From: the human T2T-CHM13v2.0 reference genome, Homo sapiens | Reading direction: 5' to 3' (one strand) | DNA length: 64,000 nt | Assembly: GCF_009914755.1 (NCBI RefSeq) | Contig: NC_060947.1 | Shown: positions 1 through 13,780 of the stretch, in pieces | Position numbering within the stretch: position 1 is the stretch's first letter | Layout of the letters: the number at the start of each line of letters is the position of its first letter | Program-made: the position numbers and the translations under genes | The notes under the pieces: generated by a model | Told to the model about the DNA's origin: nothing | What the model saw: the letters and a program-made list of their open reading frames with translations, nothing else | Database searches by the model: none

Positions 1-792
1 CTACAGTTTTGAGTCTACCTCCTTTACCTGAGGCCATCTCCTCACCAGCCCTGCCAGTTTCCTTCTTCTATTTTATTGAGCCTTGCAGATGGCAAGAGAG
101 AAGGGAAGGTTCTGGAGTTATCAGCCTGCTTCATCATTCTTGCTCCCCTTCCCCCTAGGAAGCTGGGGCAGGGAGGGAGGGGACTGCAGGTTGGAACAGC
201 AAGCTACCCACAGGCCAAAGTGAGGGACAGGGTACCTTTGATCAGCTCCCCGTTAATGAACTGTTTTTCCTCATGTCCTACTTTTTTCTTTTTCTTTGTT
301 TCTTTCTTTTTTCCTTTGGTCTTTAACATTTATTTATTTATTTACCAACTTGGTCTGTGCCGAGCAGACGTGGTTAGCTATCTAAAGGTCACTAGGATGA
401 AACCATTTGGCCAGAGCCCAGTGTTTCAGCTTTGCCAGGGACACGCTGTTCTACTGTACCTCAACACTATCAGAAACATGCAATTAAAGCTCATTTTACA
501 TTTCTTTCCTCCTTTATTTTCCCCTTCTTATCTTATACCCACTCTTTTGAGTCTGTTACTCTAATTGTATCTGTTTTCTCTGTTTTTTCTATTTCCATTC
601 TTTGCAGTCTCTACTCTTTTCCCTCTGCTTCTTTTTCCAGGCTTGGCTCTTTCTGCTTGAGTTGACTTGAAGCAACTCTCCATTACCAGTGGAAATTTTC
701 TGTGCCTGGTAGTCTGGGAAGGTGGTAGGTAGAAACGTCAGTGGAGTATTGTTTTTATCTCTATAAAGTAGAACTAAAGTTAAGCTATTGGT

Positions 793-1083
793 GGCTGGGC
801 GTGGTGGCTCATGCCTGTAATCCCAACACTTTGGGAGGCTGAGGTGGGTGGGTCACTTGAGGCCGGGAGTTTGAGACCAGCCTGGTCAACATGGCAAAAC
901 CTCATCTCTACTAAAAATACAAAAATTAGCTGATTGTGGCGGCATGCACCTGTAATTCCAGCTACACAGGGGTCTGAGGTAGGAGAATCACTTGAACCCA
1001 GGAGGCGGAGGCTGCAGTGAGCCAAGGTCACACTACTGCATTCCAGCCTGGGTGACAGAGTGAGAATCTGTCAAAAAAAAAAA
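793..1083 (+). mobile_element. Full-length Alu, AluS-type
   Basis: GGCTGGGCGTGGTGGCTCATGCC start, mid A-rich linker TACTAAAAATACAAAAATTAGC, poly(A) tail; perfect 17-bp TSD AAAGTTAAGCTATTGGT at 776-792 and 1084-1100. Confidence 0.97.
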
Positions 1084-2059
1084 AAAGTTAAGCTATTGGT
1101 GAGATCTCGATAGAATGCTGAACTGTGGCAGGAGCTAGTGAGGGGAGGTGAGGAATCCACACTGCAGACAGATACTCACTTTGGAAAAGACTGAGGACAC
1201 ATGAAGGCCATCAAACAGGGAAACTAGAAACTATATTTCTTGAGGGCAAGGGGGCACTGAACTCAGAAGTCTAAGAGGCTTTGGCGCAGCCTATTTACAT
1301 GATTTCAGAGATTACCTTATCTTGTTGACCTTTCTATCTTTCATCCTTTTCCCCACTTTGGTCCACTATCTCTCTATCATCACCATGACCACTAGTGCTA
1401 CCACCTCTTAATTCATGGTTTACTTCCCTTTTGTCTCACCCCCTACTCTTTTCTGCCAGGCCTCTTGTATAACCCCTCCCAACACCTTTGGGGGTATCTC
1501 TGAATCACTTTCTTGGTGCTCGAATTTATTGCCATCCTTCTTCAGTGAAATTATGAGACGGCATAAAATGAGGACAGGGAAGGCCTTGTTGAATTCAAAC
1601 ACATAGATCCACATCCCAGCTTCCAGAACTAGAGAAGTTTCTCTTTTCCAGCTCTTCCCGTGGGCATCAAATCTCAGCTGCAGGGCCCTGCCTTTATCTG
1701 TTATCGCAGGCAATCTCTATACAGGCAATGCAGACTATCCCGAACCAAGGCCCCACTGGAAATGAAAGGATTGTGTCCCTTAAACACAATTAGACCATAG
1801 GTGGAGAGAAGGAAAATCTCTGAAAAAAGGAGGTAAAACGTTCATATGCAGCTTTATGGAAATGAGGAGAGGTAAAAATTGTAAGATGATGACTGTGGGC
1901 AAGATGAAAAAATAAATAAATAAATAAAAAGCCTTCCAAAAAATGTGGATTCTAAAATAGTAGCATAATTAACTAAAAAGTTGTTACATTCTTTCTAGGA
2001 GATTCTCAAGAATGGGGTATCCTCTCTTCTCTGGGTAGGTCAATGCTGTAATTTCATAA

Positions 2060-2305
2060 GAGTCCCGCAATTAGTTCTGGGCTCTATGTTTATAAAGGAC
2101 ATTAGCAAATTGAAGTTTGCCCAGAGAAGTTTGAACCACAACTTAAGGTATGGCCTAGATGTAAGAGCTGAAGAAACAAAAAAGACTTATTCTGGGAAAG
2201 ACAAGATTCATGGATTACTACCTTTAAACACTGAAGGTCTTACATGTAGAAAATGAACTAGATATTTTTATGGCCCCTAAGTCTATATCTGGGAGCAATG
2301 AGGTA
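2060..2305 (+). mobile_element. Degraded L3/CR1 LINE fragment
   Basis: Resembles the CR1/L3 3' RT region (AAGGACATTAGCAAATTGAAGTTTGCCCAGAG...CTTTAAACACTGAAGG); recognised by eye only. Confidence 0.5.
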
Positions 2306-2408
2306 GACTCCGTGGAGGTGAGAGGTGGGACAGTAAGTGATGATTAGGTCATACAGAAACCTTGATTAACTCCACCGAGTTTAAAATATTCTTAAAAGAG
2401 GTAGGAAT

Positions 2409-2534
2409 CTTTAAGGTTAATATGGCACATGTATACATATGTAACAAACCTGCACGTTGTGAACATGTACCCTATAACTTAAAGTATAATAAAAATAAAA
2501 TAAAATAAATAAAGGTGCTAGTACTTTAAAAAAA
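2409..2534 (+). mobile_element. Extremely 5'-truncated L1PA 3' end with patterned A tail and a short extra tag
   Basis: ATGGCACATGTATACATATGTAACAAACCTGCACGTTGTG...ACTTAAAGTATAATAAAAA; 15-bp TSD AAAAGAGGTAGGAAT at 2394-2408 and 2535-2549. Confidence 0.92.
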
Positions 2535-3031
2535 AAAAGAGGTAGGAATATATGAAACAGTCAGTGTTTGAGAGTGTCTATTTACTATTCTGTGCTTTGT
2601 GAAGGACTTAGAGAACTAGAAAAAAATTTCATTATGAGATTACAGTAGATTTGCGAATTAGGCGCAAAGGTGTCCCAGCCTTCATTAGAAGTAGCATAGC
2701 CCTTGGAACCAAACCCACTGGATCATCTTTCCCAGACTCCATCTGCTGCATCAAAGGGTAGTTCTACTTTTAGTTCTTTAAGGAATCTCCACACTGTTTT
2801 CCATAGTGACTGTACTAGTTTACGTTCCCACCAGCAGTGTAGAAGTGCTCCCTTTTCACCACATCCACACCAACATCTATTATTTTTTGATGTTTTGATT
2901 TTGGCCATTCTTGCGGGAGTAAAGTAGTATTGCATTGTGTTTTTGATTTGCATTTTCCTGATCATTAGTGATGTTGAGCATTTTTTCATATGTTTGTTGG
3001 CCATTTGTAAATCTTTTGAGAATTTTCTTTT

Positions 3032-3557
3032 ATTATTATTATTATACTTTAAGTTTTAGGGTACATGTGCACAATGTGCAGGTTAGTTACATATGTATAC
3101 ATGTGCCATGCTGGTGTGCTGCACCCATTAACTCGTCATTTAGCATTAGGTATATCTCCTAATGCTATCCCTCCCACCTCCCCCCACCCCACAACAGTCC
3201 CCAGAATGTGATTTTCCCCTTCCTGTGCCCATGTGTTCTCATTGTTCAATTCCCATCTATGAGTGAGAACATGCGGTGTTTGGTTTTTTGTCCTTGCAAT
3301 AGTTTACTGAGAATGATGATTTCCAATTTCATCCATGTCCCTACAAAGGACATGAACTCATCCTTTTTTATGGCTGCATACTGGGTATATACCCAAAGGA
3401 CTATAAATCATGCTGCTATAAAGACACATGCACACGTATGTTTATTGCGGCACTATTCACGATAGCAAAGACTTGGAACCAACCCAAATGTCCAACAATG
3501 ATAGACTGGATTAAGAAAATGTGGCACATATACACCATGGAATATTATGCAGCCATA
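3032..3557 (-). mobile_element. Young L1PA (PA3-5-like) 3' fragment with 5' inversion (twin priming)
   Basis: Minus-strand 3'UTR 3032-3380, then plus-strand ORF2 end 3379-3557; TSD GAGAATTTTCTTTT at 3018-3031 and 3558-3571. Confidence 0.93.
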
Positions 3558-3571
3558 GAGAATTTTCTTTT

Positions 3572-3711
3572 TTTAATTATACTTTATGTTTTAGGATCCG
3601 TGTGCACAACGTGCAGGTTTGTTACATATGTATACATGTGCCATGTTCATATGGGTGTGCTGCACCCATTAACTCGTCATTTACATTAGGTATATCTCCT
3701 AATGCTATCCC
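3572..3711 (-). mobile_element. Short L1PA 3'UTR fragment
   Basis: TTATACTTTATGTTTTAGGATCCGTGTGCACAACGTGCAGG...AATGCTATCCCT, followed directly by resumption of the host L1. Confidence 0.88.
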
Positions 3712-5524
3712 TTTATGTCCTTAGCCCACTTTTTGATGGGGTTGTTTGTTTTTTCTTACTAATTTCTTTGAGTTCCTTGTAGATTCTGGATATTAGTCCT
3801 TTGTCAAATGTACAGATTATGAAGGTTTTCTCCCACTCTGTGGGTTGTCTGTTTACTCTGCTGACTGTTACTTTCACTGTGTAGAGGCTTTTTAGTTTAA
3901 CTAAGTCTCACCTATTTATCCTTGTTTTTGTTGCATTTGGTTTTGGGTTCTTGGTCATGAAGTCTTTGCTTAAGCCAATGTTTAGAAGGTTTTTTCCGAT
4001 ATGATCTTCTAAAATTTTTATAGTTTCAGGTCTTAGATTTAAGTCCTTGATCCATCTTGAGTTGATTTTTTGTGTAAGGTGAGAGATGAGGATCCAGTTT
4101 CATTCTCCTACATGTGGCTAACCAATTATCCCAGCACCATTTGTTGAATAAGGAGTCCTTTCCCCATTTTATGTTTTTGTTTGCTTAGTCAAAGATCAGT
4201 TGGCTGTAAATATTTGGGTTAATTTATGGGTTCTCTGTTATGTTCCATTGGTCTATGTGCCTATTTTTATACCAGTGCCATGCTGTTTGGGTGACTATGT
4301 CCTTATAGGATAGTTTGAAGTCAGGTAATGTGATGCCTCCAGATTTGTTCTTTTTGCTTAGTCTTGCTTTGGTTATGCTGGCTCTTTTTTAGTTCTATGT
4401 GAATTTTAGGATTTTTTTTTTAGTTCTGTAAAAAATGATGGTGATATTTTAATGGGAATTGCATTGAATGTGTATATTGCTTTTGGCAATATTTCACAAT
4501 GTTGATTCTACCATCCATGAGCATGGGATATGTTTCCATTTGTTTGTGTTGTCTATTATTTTTTTCAGCAGTGTTTTGTAGTTTTCCTTGTAGAGGTCTT
4601 TCATCTAACTGTGTTCTTTTTGAATGATTCTGGATCAGTGTGAGGGTACATAGTCTAATATGTCTAGTTTTGCTCAATAAATTCTGAAGTCAGGGTCTAT
4701 CTACTTATTAAGCATATGAGAAAAGTATTCCATGAGAATCAACCCTGTAAGCCTTATCTCAACTCTCAGAAGGAGTCAGCCAGCAGCCACAGTGGGCAAA
4801 TGGTCTCGTTGTTACAGAGTGCTGATTAGGAGATAGACAATGGTGGGGTCTGAAGCCAGCTAAAGAACCATCCCTCTCATCCAGATGTCCCAGGATACCT
4901 CTCCCAAATCCATCACTGTCTACTGAGAAAATGATATGAGACATTGCCCCCTATATTTTGCTCCCTAATCATGCCTCCAGTCATGATACAAAAATCAGCA
5001 AGCCCTTCTGGAGATGAGCACCAAAACACCAAGGGAAAGACATGTGACTCAGTTCAATATCCTGCATGATTACAAGAGCTGGTCCTTGCCATCGGCTACT
5101 ACACAGACTTCACCAGTAATAGGGCAGGTCCCCAAAAGCCAACTGATTGCTATGTAGGACAGTGGGCAGTGATGTTCATGATAATCCAAGACCTGATGAG
5201 ATGGGAATGTAAAGAAAACAGAGGTGCTCACAGAACTATAGGGTGGAAAATGGGAAGTAAGGATGAGATAAACAGGAGGAACGCTTTAATGATTTGTTGA
5301 TGCTCAACATCAAATAAATAGACTCCTATAGCATAGTACCAAGAAACAATAACATAGAGACCATGGGCAACAGTAGCCAGGACTCCCAGGAGGTAGCAAA
5401 AAAGGAGGCAAGAAGAGAAAGACTCTTCAAGAGCAGAGACATCTGGTAGGCCCTAGAGACAGAGAAACAAATAACACTAGGAATTGCTCTGATCTGTAAG
5501 TGCTGTTAAGACAGAAAAGATAGG

Positions 5525-6100
5525 AAATTAATCGGATGACAAGCAGGATCTATAAAAGTTCTTAACAGACTCAAGTGATAGACGTAAACTCACAAAATGG
5601 AGTTTCACAGAGAAATGCAATCACTTTTATACTTGGGTACAGAAAAATCAACTACAGAATTATAGTATGAATGAAAATGACCAATAGTCAGCCATAGAAA
5701 TATCAAAAAACTTAGGATTTTAGTTCAATATGACAGAACAGGAATTATACAATTGTCCAGAAATCTAATTTTGTCAATTTCAGGATACAGTAATAGAAGC
5801 ATAATGTTCAAAGTAAGGAAGGTGATAATCTTACATTGGATATAATTCTAGTTGTCATAATTTAAGAGTATCAATGATAATTTAAAGGGTGAGAGTAGAA
5901 TAAATAGTGATAAAGGTGCTGGAAAACATAACGTCAGGATTAGCTGCAAGAACTATAGCTACTTAGGCTGGGAAAGAAAAGATTTAGTAGAAAAAAATAT
6001 CTATTATTAATATTTAATATGTTCAGTGTAGTCACATGAAAGAGGCATTACTCCTACTTTGTGTTGCTTCAGAGGATACAATTAATGTTATAATGGACAA
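5525..6100 (+). mobile_element. L3/CR1 LINE fragment
   Basis: Degraded CR1 RT motif region (ACAAAATGGAGTTTCACAGAGAAATGCAATCACTTTTATACTTGGG...AAAAATCAACTACA). Confidence 0.6.
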
Positions 6101-6573
6101 GAAGGAGATTTAGGGTCAATCTAAATAACTAATTGTCCCAGAAGATGATAGGTTCCCCAAGACATTTATGAAGACGGTGAAATACCACCTATTATAGATA
6201 CCATACTGTGGAGAGACTCCCTTGGGCTGAAAGATGTGTTTGGTCAGCTTTCTTTGCAACCTCTGAGATGGAACCAGATTAAATCCTAAGTGACTTCTAG
6301 AGCCCCTAAACAATAGTAGGACTTCTGCATGAGAGATGCATGAGAGGCATTAGCACCTTGTCTCTTTAATTAAATATAGATTATGCCTTGGTATAGGATC
6401 AATTAGAAATCTGAGTAATGTAAGCACAGACAAGCTCACCTAATTAATATATTATACACATTTGCCTATATACATATTTGTTGTGTAGACCAGCAATGCC
6501 CAAAAGAAAGATAATGCAAGTGACATATGTAACTTAAATTTTCTATTAGCTACATTTTTAAAAGTGAAAATAA

Positions 6574-6995
<422 letters not shown>

Positions 6996-9453
6996 AATAT
7001 TGTATTTAAACCCAACATATCAACAATTATTGTTTCAACATGGAATCAATACTTTTAAAGTATTAATAAGGTATTTTATGATGCTTTGTCATACTATTTC
7101 TTCAAAATCTGGTATGTATTTTGTACCAACAGCTCATTTCAATTAAGACCAGCCATATTTCAAGTGATTGATAGCCATATATGGTTAGTGGATACTGCAT
7201 GAAATAGCAAAGATCTATAAAAAGTTTATGAAGTCTCTGAGTAGCAAGAAGAACTGTATGAACTCTCCTGAAAAGAAGTGTTAAAACCTCACAATAAATG
7301 TACAAATTTGATATTATTATGGGTAAAAGACAGGTTCTTGTTTGAGAAGCTTGGCTATTTGGTTTCTCTTGACAACTTTTATTTCTACTTTAAATCAGTA
7401 ATTTTCAAACTACATGGACATACATACAGAAAATGAAAACCATAGTTTCCTGAAAGAATATTAACCTTTGCAATACATCTTCTGATATTTTCTTTTCTTC
7501 ATTTTTTTCTACACTAACCTATTGCCTTTTTTCTAACATCTTGTCTTGACCCAATAAACTGATTTCTCAATCCACTAATGCCATTAATATCAACTTGTAA
7601 TGCATTACAAGTTGAGTAAAGAGAACAAGAAAGGGGGACACTTTCTAGAAGCAGATCTGTCTCAGGCTGCAAATAAGTAATGTATTAGCCCACTAATCAA
7701 GAGTATGTTTGTGCTCAATAAATAAATAAATAAATAAGTTATGCTTAGAAATGTTCCTGACACAGAGAAGGTGTTCAATAAATGGGATTTTTCCTGCCTC
7801 CTTACTATTCTCGTAACTCCCTTGTAAGTGCCTTTAGTTTGACTGAACCCTCTTAGTCAAATGGCTATACCCAAGGATAGAGATGGGGACTGAAAGGTCC
7901 TGGCTTTGTTATGGCTCAGCCTGGGTGTCTATGCAGATAGGGCAGATTGTGGATATGGGAATCATCTCAACATCCTCGTGCCACAGGACAGAGGTAAGGT
8001 TGAGATTTATGTAATAATTACATCATTATTTTTTGGAAAGGCTACCCAACATTGTAAGTAGTGAAACGAGTTTAGTATTGAGAGTAGTTTAGTTCTGAAG
8101 GTAGAATATACAGCTGACATGCTTTGAAGCATACTGGAAAGTCTACCCTCCAGAAATCTCCAACGCATGCTAGTGGGTCAAAAATTTCACCATTAGAGAT
8201 TCAGTCCTTTGAATCCTAGTCTTCCAAAATTACCTACTAAAATTCAGGGGCCACATACTGAGCCTTAAATTCTCAACCAATAAGCCTGTAGTGTGTATCA
8301 TATGGCACATAAACATTAAGGTGGTCCATTAAGATGAGACATAGAATGAGTCTTCAGATTTGGAAAGGGGATCTGGTGAAGTTAGGGATGGGAAAATCTT
8401 CAGCAATTCTGCTTTATTTGCAACCTTCCTTTCCACATGCCTCATGATATCCCTATTCTCCTCACACAAATACATCCTTCTTAGGTCTGTCCATGATACG
8501 TGTGGCATAGTGCATTGTTCTTTCACTGCAACATGTGCATGTGCAATACTTACACATGCATAGACACAGACACACCCCCTACTATTTTTATCTTGCTACC
8601 CAAATTCATTCAGCTAACCTGCTCAGTCTTCCCCCTTTTATCTCTCCTATTCTACCTCTTGAATTCTAACCACTCATAAAGTACACTTTCTCATGCAAAC
8701 TACCAGCTTCATTGATCTCCCACTCAATTTCTTTTAGCCCTTAGAATTTGTTTTATGTGATCCAACACTAAATGCTGATGTTGGGCTTCATGTACCTCCA
8801 GTCTTTGCCTCATTGGTAGTCCCTACGACAATATTCTACAAGGCCAAACATCTGAAGGCCAAAAACTTCTCTTATGGCTTAAAGAAGACTCAGGCTCAGG
8901 TTCTACTGAAAACACCATGAAACAGGGAAAAGCAGTTTAGATATATGTCATTTTAATACTCCTTAGTGTGGATACCTATAGCATAGTGGTTAAAAACATG
9001 GGCCTTAGAGTCAGATTATCTGAGTTAGCAGCCTAGGTCAACAACTGTCCAGCTCTGTTAGGTTAGCCAAGTTACTCTTCATCAGCAAACTTCAGATTTC
9101 TCACCTGGAGCAAGGGAATAATTGTGAGAACTAAACTAGGTAGTTCCTGTTATGCTCCTGGGACTGTACATGTTCAATAATTGTAGCCATCATTAGCACT
9201 TTTTTCAATGTTGTAGTCTACGAAGAACTCAACTACCTGAGCTCTCAGAGCTCACATCAGCATTTCTGACAGGGGTACCCTCTCGAAAAGACTTTCTTCT
9301 TTACAAAAAAAAAAAGAAAGAAAAAAGTCTCTCCTTTTTACTGGTGGTCTCCCTCCATTCCAGAAATATGTATTCCTTTTCAATGAGTCCCTACTCTCGA
9401 CCCATACAGAATTTTGTGAAGTATACGTAAGTTTCCTTTCACGTTTGTCCCTC

Positions 9454-9786
<333 letters not shown>

Positions 9787-10463
9787 TGTCCCTCAAACTA
9801 TTAACACATCATTTCACACATTATTTGTCCATAAAACAGAGAGAACTCTGGCTGCAACAGTTCATGTGAGATTCACGCCAGTTAACATGGACTCATGAGC
9901 GGTCTTTCTCTATTTTAATTTGATGAAGAACCATGACTTATGGTCCCCGAAGATAGGACCAGAGTAGATAGGGCTTCTGAAAGAATTTGGAGAAGCAATA
10001 AGAAAGAGTTATTGGTTCAAGGATTGTGGGCCTCTAGTTCATTCAGCTAAACTGAATGCATTCCTAGGAGAAAGCTGGAGAGCTTATTTTCTACCAATAT
10101 TTCAAATAATCAAATTTGAAGACTGAAAGGGGCCCTAGAGATAAAGAAAAAAAGACAGTCAGGAAAAAAAAGGTCTTTCTCTAGGTTACAGTAGATAATT
10201 CATAAAATTGGAAGGGGAACTTAGGTCTTTTTAGACTAAAGTAAATGTTTATTTCATTTTATGACCCTGGAAAAGCATGTCACGCTTTTCCAAAGGGGGG
10301 GTTAGGGTAAAGCAGGGGTTTTCAAGCTTATTATGAGGTGTCTGATGATTCTGCAGAGGTGCTTCAGAGACAAAGGTGGATCCTAACAGGTAGGACTTCA
10401 CAAAAGTCCCCCACCAGTTCTTCAGGGAGAAAAGCTCTTGTTTCCTTTATTTTATATACCAGC

Positions 10464-10948
10464 TATTTCAGTTTCCTAGAGCTACTGTAATGAAATACCA
10501 AAAACTGAGTGGCTTAAAACAACAGAGATTTTTTTCACAATTTTAAAGGTAAGAAGGCCAAAATCAAGGTGTCAATAGGGCCATGCTCCCTTTGAAACAC
10601 GTAGGAGATAATTCTTTCCCGTTTCTTTCTAGCTTTTCTTGGTTTGCTGGCAATCTTTCACATTCCTTAGCTTGTAGATGCATCACTCCAATCTTTCAAC
10701 TTTCCATGGCATTCTCCCTGGGTTTCTTCACATAGTCTTCCTTCTCTATGTCTGTCTCTGTGTCCACATTTCCCCTTTTTATAGGGACACTAATCATATG
10801 GGATTAGAGCCCATCCATATGACCTCATTTTAGCTTGATTACCTCCGTAAAGACCCTATATCCAAATAAGATCACATTCTTGTGTACCATGGTTAGCACT
10901 TCAGCATATCTTCTGGTGGTAGTGGGGAAACAATTCAATCTGTTAAAC
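10464..10948 (-). mobile_element. MLT1 (MLT1B/C-like) MaLR solo LTR
   Basis: AAATACCAAAAACTGAGTGGCTTAAAACAACAGA...GGATTAGAGCCCATCCATATGACCTCATTTTAGCTTGATTACCTCCGTAAAGACCCT. Confidence 0.85.
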
Positions 10949-11950
10949 CAAACTTCCATGTAAGAGTTTGTTTGGGAAATAATAGGGGCCTTATGACTTT
11001 ATAATCTAAATGGTTCAGAAATCTGTCTCATCTGTCTCCATTCTGTGAACTGATCAGTTTACAAAGACATGGCTGCCATGCTTTGTTAAAAAAAAATACT
11101 GACCGATTCTAGGAAAACATGGCAAGGAAGTACTGACATAACGGAGTTTTGACCTATGAGGATGCTTTAAGCCTAGTCTTCATTGTGCTTGTGTTCTAAC
11201 AGAGGCTTTCCTAAGGGTTAATGTAGTTTGTACCCAGCATAAATGACACCCTTTTGTAAAGAAAGAGAGAAGAATCTTCTTTCTGAGAGTTGACTCATAG
11301 GCGTCTAGTCACCTATGAGGAGGAGAGCCAACCCCCGGCTTGGCTTGCAGTAGAAATCTTACTGAATATCTTTTCTCACTACCAAGCTTACAGTTAACAT
11401 CTAAAACTAGGCTCTCATGAGAAGGGAGGAGGAGGAAGAGTACACAGAACTTCCATGTGCCTATGGAGAGTCTTTTCAACTCTTGAAGTGCCCTTCTTAA
11501 TTCATTTTCTTTACAAGAGCTCATTTTCCATAGGTACTCTATGTTGATTAAACATATTAGTTCTGAACTAATTACATCTATGTATTAAATAGCTTTTATA
11601 TCAAATTTATTGTTCACCAGGGAATAATTTATATGATTCTGAGAGTACTGTGGGAACCCAATAAAAAAATAATCAATGAAGTCTATACAATTTTATGTAT
11701 AAAGACATGGTTGGTTAAGACATTTGAAAACTCAGATTAATGGGGCTATACCACTCACTTGGGCCCACTGGATGCAATTTGAAAGTAGGGCTGCCTTCCT
11801 TTGAGCAGGCTGGGGAAATTCTTATGACACCATACTGCTGGGCAAAGTTTGGAAGGGAAGATGATGTCCTGTGTGGTATCAGTGAGAGATAGAGACAAAA
11901 TAGAGGTAAATTGGCCACTTCTTTTTCTCTGGGCCTGAGAATGGAACAAG

Positions 11951-12070
11951 GCAGCTGCCCCACACCAAATCAGGAAGTAAGGGAAGACAGCTAATATTAG
12001 CCAGGTTGGGCTTAGCCCCAGAAGGCAGGTCAGTATATAAGTGGTTCAGGAACATGTCCTCAGCTTGTTT
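11951..12070 (+). promoter_or_regulatory. Candidate core promoter or enhancer motif cluster (E-box, ETS, MEF2, TATA, Inr-like)
   Basis: CAGCTG 11952-11957; CAGGAAGT 11971-11978; CTAATATTAG 11991-12000; TATATAA 12034-12040; TCAGCTT 12060-12066; non-repeat context. Motif reading only. Confidence 0.3.
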
Positions 12071-12994
12071 CTTCACCACAAGAAATGTTATAGTGTCGCA
12101 GAAGGAAGAACCATGTGACAAAGCTTGCCATGGTGCCCCTAAACTGAAAGTTTCCCACATTTGTTGCTGCTTGAATCCTGCTGCTATCACAAAGAACCAA
12201 GAGCTTTTCATTTTTACTCATTTTGTGCTTCCCTTCCCCTAAAACTTTTCTGATTTCATTATCTGTATATTTCAACACAAGAGGTAAACTCTTTCCTGTG
12301 TCACTGAAGAAACATTAAGGGAATATGTTCTGAGCATGCATGCAAAAATACCTATTACAGCACCTGACACATGAAAGATGATGAATATGCTGAATGCTTT
12401 GTTTGCTTGTTTTGTTTTCAGTTTTCTACAATAAGATACAACTTGCCCCTTCATACCTCACCTCTTTCAGCTATAGGCCAACTCTGCTGTCTGCAACACA
12501 GTTATTGGGATTGTTAGGACCTTTCAGGATGGAGTCTAGCCGCAGTCTTGTCATTGCACCCTCATTAGTCTTCTGGCTCTTATTATCCTGCGCTCACCCA
12601 CTATTGCTTTTTAACAACTTCTGTCCTAAAAACTATCTTCTCTACTTATGTCGTTTCCAAAATGCCTTTTTTTCTAAGCCTCTGCCCTTAACTCTGCCTA
12701 ATTCTGGCTTTTCTATTCAGTGCTGCACTCAGAATTCTTCAGGGTAGCTTTTGCTCTGACCATACCTTTTTCCTGTACGAAGCCTTTCCTAAACCCTTCA
12801 TTCTCAGTTTGTTTTAAAACAGCTTTATAACTTTCTGTTATTTTCCAGAACTCGCTGCCTTTTCTGGAGCTGTCCTGTTCATGTCAACCACTTTCTTACC
12901 CATTGTTAAAACAAATATGCCCACCCCATCCCATTTAAATCAAGTTACATGATATAACTTTCTTGAAAAGAGTAGAATTACAATTTATGTAAAA

Positions 12995-13029
<35 letters not shown>

Positions 13030-13052
13030 TTGTGTATGTGTGTGTGTGTGTG
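12995..13052. repeat. (CT)n(GT)n compound microsatellite
   Basis: Direct reading. Confidence 0.95.
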
Positions 13053-13107
13053 CAGAAGGTCTTCAGATCACAAGAAGCACAAAATTATACTTGCTTAGTC
13101 TCTAATC

Positions 13108-13342
13108 CAGGGGTTGTCAAACTTTTCCTGTAACATCAAATAATGAATAGTTTAGACTATAAGCGTCATATATAGTCTCTGTTGCAAGTAATCAATTTTG
13201 CCACTGCAGCACAAAAGCAGCCATAGACAATATGTAAACAAACAAACAATCAAAAAACCAGATGTAGCTAAGTTGCAAATTTATTTGCAAAACCAGGCTG
13301 TGGGCCAGATTTGACCCACAGGCCAGAGTTTACTGACTTCTG
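13108..13342. mobile_element. MER58A-like hAT-Charlie MITE
   Basis: CAGGGGTTGTCAAACTTTTCCTGTAA...GCACAAAAGCAGCCATAGACAATATGTAAAC...GTTTACTGACTTCTG. Confidence 0.85.
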
Positions 13343-13389
13343 CATCTAGTCTTCCAAAATGTTTTCTGCATAGTTTGATGTAATGATGA

Positions 13390-13780
13390 TGATAATGATA
13401 GTGATGATGACAAATCACTTCTATTGAGTACTTACTGTGTAATGGCCCTGTACTAAGCATTTTACATGCATTATATCATTTATCTTTTCTGCATATCAGC
13501 TTTATAAAGAAGACCCTATTTTTAATCATATATTACAGATAAAAAAACTGAGACACAAAACAGGTAAAAGTGGAATGAGAGGAATTAGGTTTCAGTCCTA
13601 GCTCTGAAGGTATAAAATCATTGAACTTCTCTGAATCTCAGTTTAGTTATTCTCTAAAATAGCAGTAAAAATATAGGCCTGCTTTGTTTCACCCCCAAGA
13701 GTACTACAATGAATGGATAGAAAAGTGCTTTGTACAATGTAATGTACTATAGAAGTAAAAGTTATCATTGTCATTATAGT
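13390..13780. mobile_element. Two MIR fragments in opposite orientations
   Basis: MIR core TTACAGATAAAAAAACTGAGAC (about 13534) and reverse core CTCTGAATCTCAGTT (about 13629). Confidence 0.7.

Larger units (their letters stand above)
2745..4605 (-). mobile_element. Older L1 (L1PA13-16/L1PB-like) ORF2 3' part, host of two nested L1PA insertions
   Basis: ORF track 2723-3004 ([15 protein letters not shown]...[10 protein letters not shown]) is the ORF2 C-terminus; host sequence breaks at about 3020 and resumes at about 3712. Confidence 0.9.

Noticed and set aside
76-564. 162-aa ORF
   Set aside because: TTG start, runs through T-rich low-complexity sequence, no recognisable domain or splice structure
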